A DNA stretch of 62,047 nt from a virus (IMGVR_UViG_3300032239_001225:1-62047); one strand, 5' to 3'; positions 42,335 to 50,820 are shown, counted from the stretch's first letter. Numbers and translations: made by a program. The notes: a model not told the origin generated them from the letters alone.

Positions 42335-42511
42335 ATGGCTAAAAGTACAAAGCTTTGGGAAAACAAAGACTGGGTAGTTAAGAGATATGTAGTCGAAAAG
42401 AAGACTGTCTTAGATATGGCTATGGAAGCTAAATGCTCACATATGACTATACAAAGAGCGTTAGAACGTTTTGATTTAATTAAACAAGCAAGGAAATGGA
42501 CTAAGAAGTGA
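42335..42511 (+). CDS. Small HTH protein (58 aa, not in track)
   Basis: GAGGAGG SD; KDW...RY...K....MA.E..CS..TI.R.L.RF. Confidence 0.65.
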   Translation: MAKSTKLWENKDWVVKRYVVEKKTVLDMAMEAKCSHMTIQRALERFDLIKQARKWTKK

Positions 42512-43161
42512 TACCAGTATTAATCATACCCGTATTAAATAGATACGACCTACTAGATCAAAATCTTGAAACAATTGATTACCCTATAGGCGAGATATTA
42601 ATTATAAATAATGGAAAAGAAAATTATGTTTCTAAGCGTACGGATTTAAATGTAAGAGTTCTCAATCTTCCATCCAACCTTGGAATGTCTGGTTCTTGGA
42701 ACTTAGGGATAAAATTATACCCTCATGAACAATATTGGATCTATTCTTCAGCAGACACACACTGGATCCCAGGATCTTTAAAAAAATTAAATGCCGCAAG
42801 TGGCAAGGGCAATCTTGTTATGACAACCGAAGCTTGGAGTTGTTTTTCAATTGGTGAAGATATTGTAAGAGAAGTTGGATTGTTTGATGAATTTTTCTAT
42901 CCAATATATTTTGAGGATAACGATTACTATGAAAGAATGATGCGTTCAAAAGTTAAAGACGGATATGTTGATGGAACAATTGAAGTTAACGCACCTCATG
43001 GAGCATCACAAACAATCAACAGTGATGAAACATTAAAGAAAAGAAATAATGAAACTTTTGTTGTTAACGAAGAATATTTTAATAAAAAGAAAGATCAAAA
43101 CTTTAGTGCAATGGGTTACTGGAATATTGATCGTAGAAGGGCTCAAGAATGGCTGCGATAA
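42508..43161 (+). CDS. Glycosyltransferase (GT2-like)
   Basis: IIPVLN, IINNG, NLG.SGSWN.G and G.FDE.FYP.YFEDND. Confidence 0.85.
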   Translation: MIPVLIIPVLNRYDLLDQNLETIDYPIGEILIINNGKENYVSKRTDLNVRVLNLPSNLGMSGSWNLGIKLYPHEQYWIYSSADTHWIPGSLKKLNAASGKGNLVMTTEAWSCFSIGEDIVREVGLFDEFFYPIYFEDNDYYERMMRSKVKDGYVDGTIEVNAPHGASQTINSDETLKKRNNETFVVNEEYFNKKKDQNFSAMGYWNIDRRRAQEWLR

Positions 43162-43811
43162 TTGGTTTGTTGCCAGCTTCTGGCAGTGCTTCAAGGTTGG
43201 GTGGGATCCCAAAGTTTTGCTTACCATTAACTGATACTCAAAATATATTGCAGTGGCACGTAGAGCAAATGCTCAAAGTATGCGATATAGTTAAGATATC
43301 AACTAGATCAACTTGGATGCCAATTGTAAAACAAATGGATCTTCCATCTGAAGTTATGTTATATGAAATTGAGCCATCTACGATGTCTGATGCTGTTTTA
43401 AAGATGATGTCTTATCAAGATAGTAAATATATTATTGGTATGCCAGATACATATATGCCAGGATCAAATGGTGATTTTTATAAACAACTTGCTAAATCTG
43501 ACGCAGATGTTACTTTAGCTGCCTTTGATTGTCATTCAGATTTAATGGGTAGAGTCGGACAAATATTGTTTGATGATAATGGTTCTGTTATTGATGTAAA
43601 AGATAAAGTAAAAAATTGTCCATACCCTTACATGTGGGGTGCTATGGCATTACAAAATATTTATGTTAACGAAGAACTTCCTAATCCAGGAGTCCAGATA
43701 AATAATTGGATTGAGGATGGCAAGGAAGTAAAGGCTGTAATATCTAAAGGTAAGTACCTAGACATAGGTACTGTTAATGGACTTAAGATGTTATACAGAG
43801 AGGAATTATAA
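43149..43811 (+). CDS. Sugar-phosphate nucleotidyltransferase (RmlA-like)
   Basis: LPASG.ASRL...PK..LP, MPD and YLDIGT. Confidence 0.8.
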   Translation: MAAIIGLLPASGSASRLGGIPKFCLPLTDTQNILQWHVEQMLKVCDIVKISTRSTWMPIVKQMDLPSEVMLYEIEPSTMSDAVLKMMSYQDSKYIIGMPDTYMPGSNGDFYKQLAKSDADVTLAAFDCHSDLMGRVGQILFDDNGSVIDVKDKVKNCPYPYMWGAMALQNIYVNEELPNPGVQINNWIEDGKEVKAVISKGKYLDIGTVNGLKMLYREEL

Positions 43812-44152
43812 TGTTAAAAGGCGTATATAGCGATAAAGAAGATTTTGATTGCAAAGACCTATATTTACATTCGGTAAGTGCCCCATCAGGCGGAAAAATC
43901 TGGAATGTTTGTCATGAAATTGCCAAATTACTTATTGAGAAGAACATATCATATGGTGACTCAGCTCTATCGCCAAATAGAATATTTGCTCAATCTGATA
44001 ATGTAGAACAACTCAAGGTTAGAATTGATGATAAGTTAAATAGAATAAAGAACAATCAGGGCTTTGCTGGAGATAATGATGTTGATGATTTGATTGGTTA
44101 TTTAATCTTACTTAAAATTGCCCTTGACAAAAAGGATAATAAAGGAGTATAA
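43811..44152 (+). CDS. Nucleotide-modification-associated helical protein (DUF1599-like)
   Basis: KN..YGDS ... RIDDKL.R ... DL.GY pattern. Confidence 0.6.
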   Translation: MLKGVYSDKEDFDCKDLYLHSVSAPSGGKIWNVCHEIAKLLIEKNISYGDSALSPNRIFAQSDNVEQLKVRIDDKLNRIKNNQGFAGDNDVDDLIGYLILLKIALDKKDNKGV

Positions 44153-44153
44153 T
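44124..44153 (+). promoter_or_regulatory. Sigma-A promoter TTGACA-N18-TATAAT, probably giving a leaderless mRNA
   Basis: Perfect hexamers; ATG lies 5 nt after the -10 box. Confidence 0.7.
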
Positions 44154-44158
44154 TAAAT

Positions 44159-44344
44159 ATGCCAACATATGTATATAGATGTGTAGATGATGAAGATCAT
44201 GCAATTCTTGAAGTTACCCGTTCAATTACAGATGAAGAAGGTTCTTACAAGTGTGAAGAGTGTGAATCAATAATGGTAAGGTACTACACACCTTTTGGTG
44301 TTCAATTTAAAGGATCAGGGTTTTATAAAACAGACAATGGATAA
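44159..44344 (+). CDS. FmdB-like zinc-ribbon protein
   Basis: MPTY.Y.C ... C..C ... FKGSGFY.TD. Confidence 0.8.
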   Translation: MPTYVYRCVDDEDHAILEVTRSITDEEGSYKCEECESIMVRYYTPFGVQFKGSGFYKTDNG

Positions 44345-44864
44345 TGAAATAGAAGTTGCAGGAAAGTTTGATCAAATGAATAAAGTAGTTGAAGAACTAC
44401 TTAAAGGCAATTCGCCTGCACAAATTTCTAAATCACTTGGTATTACCCGTGCACAAGTTGAAAATTACATTGATGCATGGAAAGGTTTTGTTCATGACAA
44501 TAATGCTATTCGTGAACGTGCTAAAGAGGCACTTGCAGGAGCAGATGAACATTACAACATGCTTATTAAAGAAGCGTGGGATGTTGTCAATGAAGCAGGA
44601 GTTGCATCTGAATTAAATACCAAAAATGCAGCCTTAAAGTTAATTGCTGATATTGAAGCAAAAAGAATTGACATGCTTAATAAAGCAGGAGTCCTAGAAG
44701 ATAATTCTATGGCTGATCAGATATTAGAATCAGAAAGAAAACAAGATATTCTTGTTGGTATATTAAAAGATGTTACAGCAAATTGCGATCATTGTAAATG
44801 GGAAGTTTCAAAAAGACTGTCAGAAGTAACAGGGCAAGTTGAAGCTGTAGTAATCAATGACTGA
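44337..44864 (+). CDS. Putative terminase small subunit (N-terminal HTH)
   Basis: HTH G.S..QI...LGITR..V; directly upstream of the large subunit. Confidence 0.55.
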   Translation: MDNEIEVAGKFDQMNKVVEELLKGNSPAQISKSLGITRAQVENYIDAWKGFVHDNNAIRERAKEALAGADEHYNMLIKEAWDVVNEAGVASELNTKNAALKLIADIEAKRIDMLNKAGVLEDNSMADQILESERKQDILVGILKDVTANCDHCKWEVSKRLSEVTGQVEAVVIND

Positions 44865-46710
44865 CTTTAGTGCTTTTATAGACGCACTTGAAGGCGATGA
44901 GTTTTCAGAAAAACCAGCACCTCTTGAAGAGTTTGTAACAAGTAAAGATTACTTGGGTTTGCCACCACTATCTGATTATCAATACACAATGATTAAAGCA
45001 TCCACGCAAATTTATAAGCGTGAAACACTTCACAAAATATATGGTTATGATGAAGGCGAAAAAATATTTAAACAAACTTGTTCTGAAGTTATTTTACAAC
45101 TCGGAAAAGGATCTGGAAAAGACTACACATCTACAATTGCTTGTGCTTATATGGTGCACTTATTGCTATGCCTTTCTGATCCAGCAAGATATTATGGAAA
45201 GCCACCAGGCGATGCTATTGATATTATTAATATTGCTATTAACGCTGTTCAGGCTAATAGAGTTTTCTTTAAAGGTTTTAATCAGCGTATTGAAAAATCT
45301 CCTTGGTTTCAAGGAAAGTATATTGCTAAAGCAAACATGGTTGAGTTTGATAAATCAGTAACAGTTCACTCAGGTCACTCAGAAAGAGAAGCTTGGGAAG
45401 GATATAACGTTCTTGTAATTATCCTTGATGAAATCTCGGGATTTGAACTGGAATCAACAACTGGACATGATCAAGCTAAAACAGCATCAGCAATCTATAA
45501 GATGTATCGTGCATCAGTAAACTCTCGTTTCCCAGATTTTGGTAAGGTAATTTTACTTTCATTCCCACGTTTTAAAAATGATTATATCCAGCAAAAATAC
45601 AACGAAGCAATTGCAGAAAAAGAAACCGTACTTAGACATCATAAATTTAAGGTAGATCCAGATTTGCCAGATGGTACAGAAGGAAATGAATTTGAAATTG
45701 AATGGGAAGAAGACCATATTATTTCGTATAAGATGCCAAAGATGTTTGCATTAAAAAGACCAACTTGGGATATCAATCCAACAAGAAAGATTGAAGATTT
45801 TACCCCAGACTTTTATACGGATCCAACCGATGCTCTTTCTCGTTTTGCATGTATGCCACCAGACGCAACAGATGCATTCTTTAAAAATCGTGCAGTAATT
45901 GAAAAAGCATTCAGTAATCCAAATCTGGGTGTTGATAGTTATGGTAGATTTGCAGACTCATTCCAACCAGATCCAGAAAAGTTATATTATGTTCACGTTG
46001 ACTTAGCTCAAAAGCATGACCATTGTGCAGTAGCACTTAGCCATGTACAAGGATGGGTTACTATGAAAATCGGGGAACAGTATAAAGAAGCAGCCCCTAG
46101 AGTTATTGTTGATGCAGTAAGATACTGGACACCAACTGCATCAAGGTCGGTTGACTTTACAGAAGTTAAAGATTATATTTTATCTTTACGTGCAAGAGGA
46201 TTTAATTTAAAATTAGTTACATTTGACCGATGGAACTCTCACGACATGATGCAACAATTAAAAGCAAATGGAATAAACAGTGAATTACTTTCTGTGGCAA
46301 AAAAACATTATGAAGATTTATCTTTATGTTTAACTGAAGAAAGATTATACGGACCACATATTCAATTATTGATTGATGAATTGCTTCAGTTAAGAATCAT
46401 GAAGGATAAGGTAGACCACCCTAGAAAGGGTTCTAAGGACCTTTCAGATGCTGTTTGTGGTGCAGTGTACAATGCAATAGCATTAACTCCTCCAGACGCA
46501 GATAAAGAAGTTGAAATTTATACCTATTCTGGTGTATTCTCTACAGAGCTTGAACAATTAAGAAAAGAATCAGAAGATAGATTAAATAATAGTAAAACCA
46601 TTCGTATGCCAGATAAACCAGATATGCCTGCAAATTTGCGGGAGTATCTAGGAATAGATGATGACGAAGATGATGAAGAATTTAGAATTGACAGCCTAAG
46701 AGTACTGTAG
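44857..46710 (+). CDS. Terminase large subunit
   Basis: Walker A GKGSGKD, Walker B IILDE, coupling motif LSFP, nuclease HVDLA..HD, TFDRW and KD.SDA. Confidence 0.9.
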   Translation: MTDFSAFIDALEGDEFSEKPAPLEEFVTSKDYLGLPPLSDYQYTMIKASTQIYKRETLHKIYGYDEGEKIFKQTCSEVILQLGKGSGKDYTSTIACAYMVHLLLCLSDPARYYGKPPGDAIDIINIAINAVQANRVFFKGFNQRIEKSPWFQGKYIAKANMVEFDKSVTVHSGHSEREAWEGYNVLVIILDEISGFELESTTGHDQAKTASAIYKMYRASVNSRFPDFGKVILLSFPRFKNDYIQQKYNEAIAEKETVLRHHKFKVDPDLPDGTEGNEFEIEWEEDHIISYKMPKMFALKRPTWDINPTRKIEDFTPDFYTDPTDALSRFACMPPDATDAFFKNRAVIEKAFSNPNLGVDSYGRFADSFQPDPEKLYYVHVDLAQKHDHCAVALSHVQGWVTMKIGEQYKEAAPRVIVDAVRYWTPTASRSVDFTEVKDYILSLRARGFNLKLVTFDRWNSHDMMQQLKANGINSELLSVAKKHYEDLSLCLTEERLYGPHIQLLIDELLQLRIMKDKVDHPRKGSKDLSDAVCGAVYNAIALTPPDADKEVEIYTYSGVFSTELEQLRKESEDRLNNSKTIRMPDKPDMPANLREYLGIDDDEDDEEFRIDSLRVL

Positions 46711-46716
46711 TAGAAT
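46688..46716 (+). promoter_or_regulatory. Sigma-A promoter TTGACA-N17-TAGAAT
   Basis: Consensus at the end of the terminase gene; same architecture as 52276. Confidence 0.65.
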
Positions 46717-46746
46717 ACACCTACAACAACAAACAAAGGATAATAA

Positions 46747-47034
46747 ATGTTAGCAAATGGAACTATTAAAACTATTGAAGATGAAGAAGATATCTATATT
46801 AGTTTAACTTCATTGTGTGAGTATTTTACACAATCATCAGTAAATATGAAAAAAGAAATTAGACACGCAGATCCAAAAGATAAAAGATATGCAGCAGGAT
46901 TGTATGACATGATGCATACAATTGCACAGGAAATGTGTGAACTTGGAAAGTATGAAGCACAGAGAAGAATGATTTTGGGCCCAGATGATCTATTAAATAT
47001 GATTGACAAAGCAAATAATGGTTTGATAGAATAA
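46747..47034 (+). CDS. Hypothetical protein
   Basis: AAGGA SD; 95-aa ORF. Confidence 0.6.
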   Translation: MLANGTIKTIEDEEDIYISLTSLCEYFTQSSVNMKKEIRHADPKDKRYAAGLYDMMHTIAQEMCELGKYEAQRRMILGPDDLLNMIDKANNGLIE

Positions 47035-47043
47035 CGTGTGAAA

Positions 47044-47116
47044 TGGGGTGTAGCTCAGATGGCAGAGCATTCGACTGTTAATCGAAATGTCACAGGTTCG
47101 ATCCCTGTCACCCCAG
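47044..47116 (+). tRNA. tRNA-Asn (GTT)
   Basis: Cloverleaf: TGGGGTG/CACCCCA acceptor, TTCGA-CTGTTAA-TCGAA anticodon arm, TTCGATC T-loop. Confidence 0.93.
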
Positions 47117-47151
47117 CAAGTTATTAAACAACTACTAGAGAGAGTATAATT

Positions 47152-47400
47152 ATGAATATGATAGTTGATCAAGAAGTAGAAGAAGTAATACCAGTTAAAG
47201 AGTACGTACTCAGTCCAGTTAATCGCTGTGATCAATGTTCTGCTGAAGCACTTGTTCTTGTCAAAGGAGTGACGGGAGAACTAATGTTTTGTGGTCATCA
47301 TTACGCTAAAAATGAAGTTGCCCTAGTAAACTTTGCATATGAAGTTATTGATGAAAGAGAAAAGTTGATACAAAACAAGCTTATAGGATCTGAAAACTAA
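47152..47400 (+). CDS. Small zinc-binding protein
   Basis: RCD.C...L.FCGHH; a leaderless start at 47158 is possible. Confidence 0.65.
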   Translation: MNMIVDQEVEEVIPVKEYVLSPVNRCDQCSAEALVLVKGVTGELMFCGHHYAKNEVALVNFAYEVIDEREKLIQNKLIGSEN

Positions 47401-47408
47401 ATAGTTTT

Positions 47409-47483
47409 GGTCCAATAGCTTAATCTGGTTAAAGCATTAGTCTTATATACTAACGAGTGTAGGTTCAAATCCTACTTGGACTA
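47409..47483 (+). tRNA. tRNA-Ile (TAT)
   Basis: GGTCCAA/TTGGACT acceptor, TTAGT-CTTATAT-ACTAA anticodon arm, TTCAAAT T-loop. Confidence 0.85.
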
Positions 47484-47484
47484 C

Positions 47485-47561
47485 GGAGCAGTAGCTTAGT
47501 TGGTCAAAGCCCCGAACTCATAATTCGGTAATCGTCAGTTCAAGTCTGACCTGCTCCACCA
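47485..47561 (+). tRNA. tRNA-CAT (elongator Met or Ile2)
   Basis: GGAGCAG/CTGCTCC acceptor, CCGAA-CTCATAA-TTCGG, encoded CCA; lacks initiator features. Confidence 0.9.
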
Positions 47562-47562
47562 A

Positions 47563-47639
47563 GGTTCCATAGATCAATTGGTTAGATCGCCACCCTGTCA
47601 CGGTGGAGGTTACGGGTTCAAGTCCCGTTGGAATCGCCA
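47563..47639 (+). tRNA. tRNA-Asp (GTC)
   Basis: GGTTCCA/TGGAATC acceptor, CCACC-CTGTCAC-GGTGG, G73, encoded CCA. Confidence 0.93.
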
Positions 47640-47640
47640 G

Positions 47641-47713
47641 GCCCCAGTAATCCAGTGGTAGAGATAGTGGACTTAAAATCCATACAGCGACAGTTCGAAT
47701 CTGTCTTGGGGTA
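47641..47713 (+). tRNA. tRNA-Leu (TAA), short variable loop
   Basis: GCCCCAG/TTGGGGT acceptor, GTGGA-CTTAAAA-TCCAT, TTCGAAT T-loop. Confidence 0.85.
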
Positions 47714-47750
47714 CAAAGTTTAAAGTTAATCTGATAAATAAGGAATCAAA

Positions 47751-48704
47751 ATGAAAAACAAAACAGTATTAATAACGGGTGGCTTAGGCTTTATTGGTTC
47801 ACATGCAATCAGTAAATGGATAAAAAAAGGTTGGAAAGTAGTTGTTTTTGATAATCTTTCTTCAAATGTTATAGATATAGACAATAAATTATTAAAAAAT
47901 GTTGAGTTAGTTATAGGTGATGTTTCAAAGATAAAATATACAAAAAAAATTGACCTTATAATTCATTTAGCCTCTCCAATAGGAACAGTTTCTCTGCTTG
48001 ATCATCCTGGCAAAATTGCAAAAATAATTATTGATGATTTATATTCAGTTATATCTTTATCTAAAGATAACAAATGTCCTTTAATATTTGCATCTACATG
48101 TGAAGTATATGGTAGCAAAAAAAATATTTTTGTTACAGAAAATGATGAAAAAGTTGTGTCAAGTAAATATGAAGTAAGAAGCGAATATTCAGTAGCAAAA
48201 ATGTTATGTGAAGTTATTTTATCAAACATAGCAAAATCTGATACAAGCTTTAAATACCAGATTATAAGACCATTTAATGTGGCGGGGCCAAATCAAAAAT
48301 GGTCTGGTGGTCATGTAATACCTAGATTTGTAAAGCAAGCAAAATCAAATGAAGACATAACTGTATATGGAAACGGTATGCAAATACGGTCTTTTACTTA
48401 TGTAGAAGATGTTATTAATGCCATTTATTTAATTTCTAAAGCACCAAACAGATTATATAATAATACTTGGGATGTAGGAAACATTCAAAATGCAATAACA
48501 ATAGATGAATTAGCACATTTAATAAAAGATATTTCTAATTCTAATTCAAAAATAGTTTATGTAGATCCAAAAAATTTGCATGGAAAATTGTTTTCAGAAG
48601 TTAATACAAAAATTTCTCAAAGCAATAAATTAACAAAATTTTTTGGATGGAAATCAACAAAAGATTTAAAAAGCATATTAAAGGAAATAATATATGAGAA
48701 ATAA
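47751..48704 (+). CDS. NAD-dependent nucleotide-sugar epimerase/dehydratase/decarboxylase (extended SDR)
   Basis: TGGLGFIGSH, HLAS, ASTCEVYG, YSVAK, RPFNV.GP and RSFTYVED. Confidence 0.9.
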   Translation: MKNKTVLITGGLGFIGSHAISKWIKKGWKVVVFDNLSSNVIDIDNKLLKNVELVIGDVSKIKYTKKIDLIIHLASPIGTVSLLDHPGKIAKIIIDDLYSVISLSKDNKCPLIFASTCEVYGSKKNIFVTENDEKVVSSKYEVRSEYSVAKMLCEVILSNIAKSDTSFKYQIIRPFNVAGPNQKWSGGHVIPRFVKQAKSNEDITVYGNGMQIRSFTYVEDVINAIYLISKAPNRLYNNTWDVGNIQNAITIDELAHLIKDISNSNSKIVYVDPKNLHGKLFSEVNTKISQSNKLTKFFGWKSTKDLKSILKEIIYEK

Positions 48705-49416
48705 AATTGGAATTATTGGATATGGAGAAATTGGATCTGGTCTTTATTCTTTGTATAACAAATTTAATTACCCTATTGCAGTATTAGATCCTAAACTTGA
48801 ATATAAAGATGAAATGTCTGGTTGTTATATATTAAATATTTGCATACCATTTTCAGATAATTTTGTTGATATTGTTAATGATTATATAAATAAATATAAA
48901 CCTTTTATGACAATAATTCATTCTACAATTGCTCCAGGAACCACAAAAAAAATAATTGGTGCTGTTTGTCATTCACCCGTTCGTGGAACTCATCCAAATA
49001 TTTATGAGGGGCTAAAAACATTTTTAAAATATATAGGATCAGAAGATAGCAAAATTGCTTTAAAATATCAAGAACATTTAACGGAATTAGGTATTAAATC
49101 TTATATTTGCAAAGATAGCAAAACAACAGAGTACTCCAAGCTGTTAGACACAACATACTATGGTTTATGCATAGCATTTCACTCAGATGTTCTTGCTATG
49201 TGTGAAAAAGAAAATTTAGATTTTTATGAAGTAATGACATTATTTAATACGACTTATAATGAAGGATACGGTATTTTAAACAAACATAATTATATTCGAC
49301 CAGTTTTATATGGAGATAAAAAAATAGGTGGCCATTGTGTTGTTCCAAATGCTAAAATATTAAAAAATTATTTTGATTCAAATATTATTGACAATATCTT
49401 AAAATATGATGTATAA
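48694..49416 (+). CDS. UDP-glucose/GDP-mannose dehydrogenase family protein (short form)
   Basis: GIIGYGEIG Rossmann motif, HSTI.PGTT, E..KL and IGGHCV catalytic Cys. Confidence 0.75.
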   Translation: MRNKIGIIGYGEIGSGLYSLYNKFNYPIAVLDPKLEYKDEMSGCYILNICIPFSDNFVDIVNDYINKYKPFMTIIHSTIAPGTTKKIIGAVCHSPVRGTHPNIYEGLKTFLKYIGSEDSKIALKYQEHLTELGIKSYICKDSKTTEYSKLLDTTYYGLCIAFHSDVLAMCEKENLDFYEVMTLFNTTYNEGYGILNKHNYIRPVLYGDKKIGGHCVVPNAKILKNYFDSNIIDNILKYDV

Positions 49417-49417
49417 T
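49388..49417 (+). promoter_or_regulatory. Sigma-A promoter TTGACA-N18-TATAAT
   Basis: Perfect hexamers 7 nt upstream of the structured element. Confidence 0.75.
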
Positions 49418-49424
49418 AAAAATA

Positions 49425-49534
49425 GGTTATACACGGCACACCTTGGGATGTTATAGTTACAATATAATGTACACCCGATGTAAGAGTCAGGTGAGACAGG
49501 GCAGCCATTCAGTGCTGGAAATCCGTGTATAACC
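49425..49534 (+). ncRNA. Candidate structured ncRNA of unknown family
   Basis: Perfect 12-bp terminal stem GGTTATACACGG/CCGTGTATAACC with inner helices; own promoter; abuts tRNA-Gly. Confidence 0.55.
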
Positions 49535-49538
49535 CCTT

Positions 49539-49609
49539 GCGGATGTTGCATATTGGTAGTGCCTCTGCCTTCCAAGCAGAAGGGGTCAGTTCGATTCTGA
49601 TCATCCGCT
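49539..49609 (+). tRNA. tRNA-Gly (TCC)
   Basis: GCGGATG/CATCCGC acceptor, TCTGC-CTTCCAA-GCAGA, U73. Confidence 0.92.
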
Positions 49610-49614
49610 CACAT

Positions 49615-49685
49615 TCCCAGATCGTCTAACGGTAGGACACGGCCCTTTGGAGGCTGGTATCTTGGTTCGAATCCAGGTCAGGGAG
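49615..49685 (+). tRNA. tRNA-Gln (TTG)
   Basis: TCCCAGA/TCAGGGA acceptor (one A-A mismatch), CGGCC-CTTTGGA-GGCTG, TTCGAAT. Confidence 0.85.
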
Positions 49686-49730
49686 CAAATAATGTTATAA
49701 TATATTTATATTAATTTTTTAGGAGATACA

Positions 49731-50420
49731 ATGCCATACAAAATTGTACAACACGGAAATAAGTTTTCAGTAGTAGCACAAAATACTGGAAATGTTGCAG
49801 GAACACATGAATCTAAAAAGCAAGCACAGGCACAAATGGCTGCTTTATATGCAAATGAACCAGAGGCAAGTGTAAAAAAGTGTATGACTTGCGGATGCGA
49901 TGATTTAGGTAACGATCATCATTATATTTCTGATACAGAAAAGTGTATGTCATGTATTGAAAAGAAACAAGGGCCATGTTGGGATGGATATGCTTATGCT
50001 GGAACCAAAGATAAAAATGGTAAGACTGTTCCAAATTGCATTCCCGTCAAAAAATCTGATGGTGGATATCAACCAAATGCAGGTATGAAAGCTGCAGCAC
50101 GTAGAGCTTTAAAGTGGAAAGAAGATGGAAAAGCAAATGGTGCAGGAACTGGTGTAGGTTGGGGACGTGCAAGCGATATTGCTGCTGGTAGATCAATGTC
50201 TCTTGATACTGTAAAAAGAATGTTTTCTTTCTTTTCACGTCATGAAGTTGATAAGCAAGGAAAAGATTGGGATAAACCATCTCACGGAAAGATTATGTGG
50301 AATGCTTGGGGCGGAGATGCTGGGTATTCATGGTCTCGTGCAATTGTTGAAAGAGAAAAGAAAATTGAAAAAGAAATCTGGAAAGGTGCTTTTTCGCCAA
50401 GCATAAAGAAAAATAAATAA
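49731..50420 (+). CDS. Modular protein, putative internal head protein
   Basis: Short modules separated by xxK sites; C-terminal IWKGAF motif. Confidence 0.6.
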   Translation: MPYKIVQHGNKFSVVAQNTGNVAGTHESKKQAQAQMAALYANEPEASVKKCMTCGCDDLGNDHHYISDTEKCMSCIEKKQGPCWDGYAYAGTKDKNGKTVPNCIPVKKSDGGYQPNAGMKAAARRALKWKEDGKANGAGTGVGWGRASDIAAGRSMSLDTVKRMFSFFSRHEVDKQGKDWDKPSHGKIMWNAWGGDAGYSWSRAIVEREKKIEKEIWKGAFSPSIKKNK

Positions 50421-50421
50421 A

Positions 50422-50820
50422 ATGTCATTTCAAAAAGAGTCAGCAGGTGCTGGACGAATTAGTGGTGGCGTAGGCTTTAAGCTTGAATACAATGTTCCAG
50501 ATTGTCAAGGCGGATATGCCATTACAAAAGCGGGAACTGGTCAAGTAATTGGTTGTTATACAACTAAAGAGCATGCTGAAGAAGCAATGAAAGCAATTGC
50601 AGTTAATGAACCAGTAGTTAAATCAGATCAAACACAACAAGATAATCAAGATGGCATAGGTGCACTTCACACATGGGCTGGATCATTTGCACCAGTTTTT
50701 GGCAATGAAAAAGTTCAATTTAGCTGGATGTCTAATTACAATACTCCGCCACAGAAAGATGGGCAGCCGTCAGTTGGATACGGAAATAGTTCAAGCCCAG
50801 AAGGTAAATCTAATTCTTGA
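50422..50820 (+). CDS. Modular protein sharing a domain with 49731
   Basis: TG.V.G....K..A...M.A...NEP module; WAGSFAP motif. Confidence 0.55.
   Translation: MSFQKESAGAGRISGGVGFKLEYNVPDCQGGYAITKAGTGQVIGCYTTKEHAEEAMKAIAVNEPVVKSDQTQQDNQDGIGALHTWAGSFAPVFGNEKVQFSWMSNYNTPPQKDGQPSVGYGNSSSPEGKSNS

Noticed and set aside
31747-46710. Inteins or introns in DnaB, DnaE, RecA or terminase
   Set aside because: Lengths are normal, motifs are contiguous, and no intein splice motifs were noticed
47485-47561. tRNA-CAT as initiator tRNA
   Set aside because: It has a paired G1-C72 and lacks three consecutive G-C pairs in the anticodon stem
49484-49506. Resemblance of the ncRNA to SRP RNA (GTCAGG...GCAGCC) or a hammerhead ribozyme
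   Set aside because: The SRP GNRA-capped stem and AGCAG are not intact, and no CUGANGA core is present
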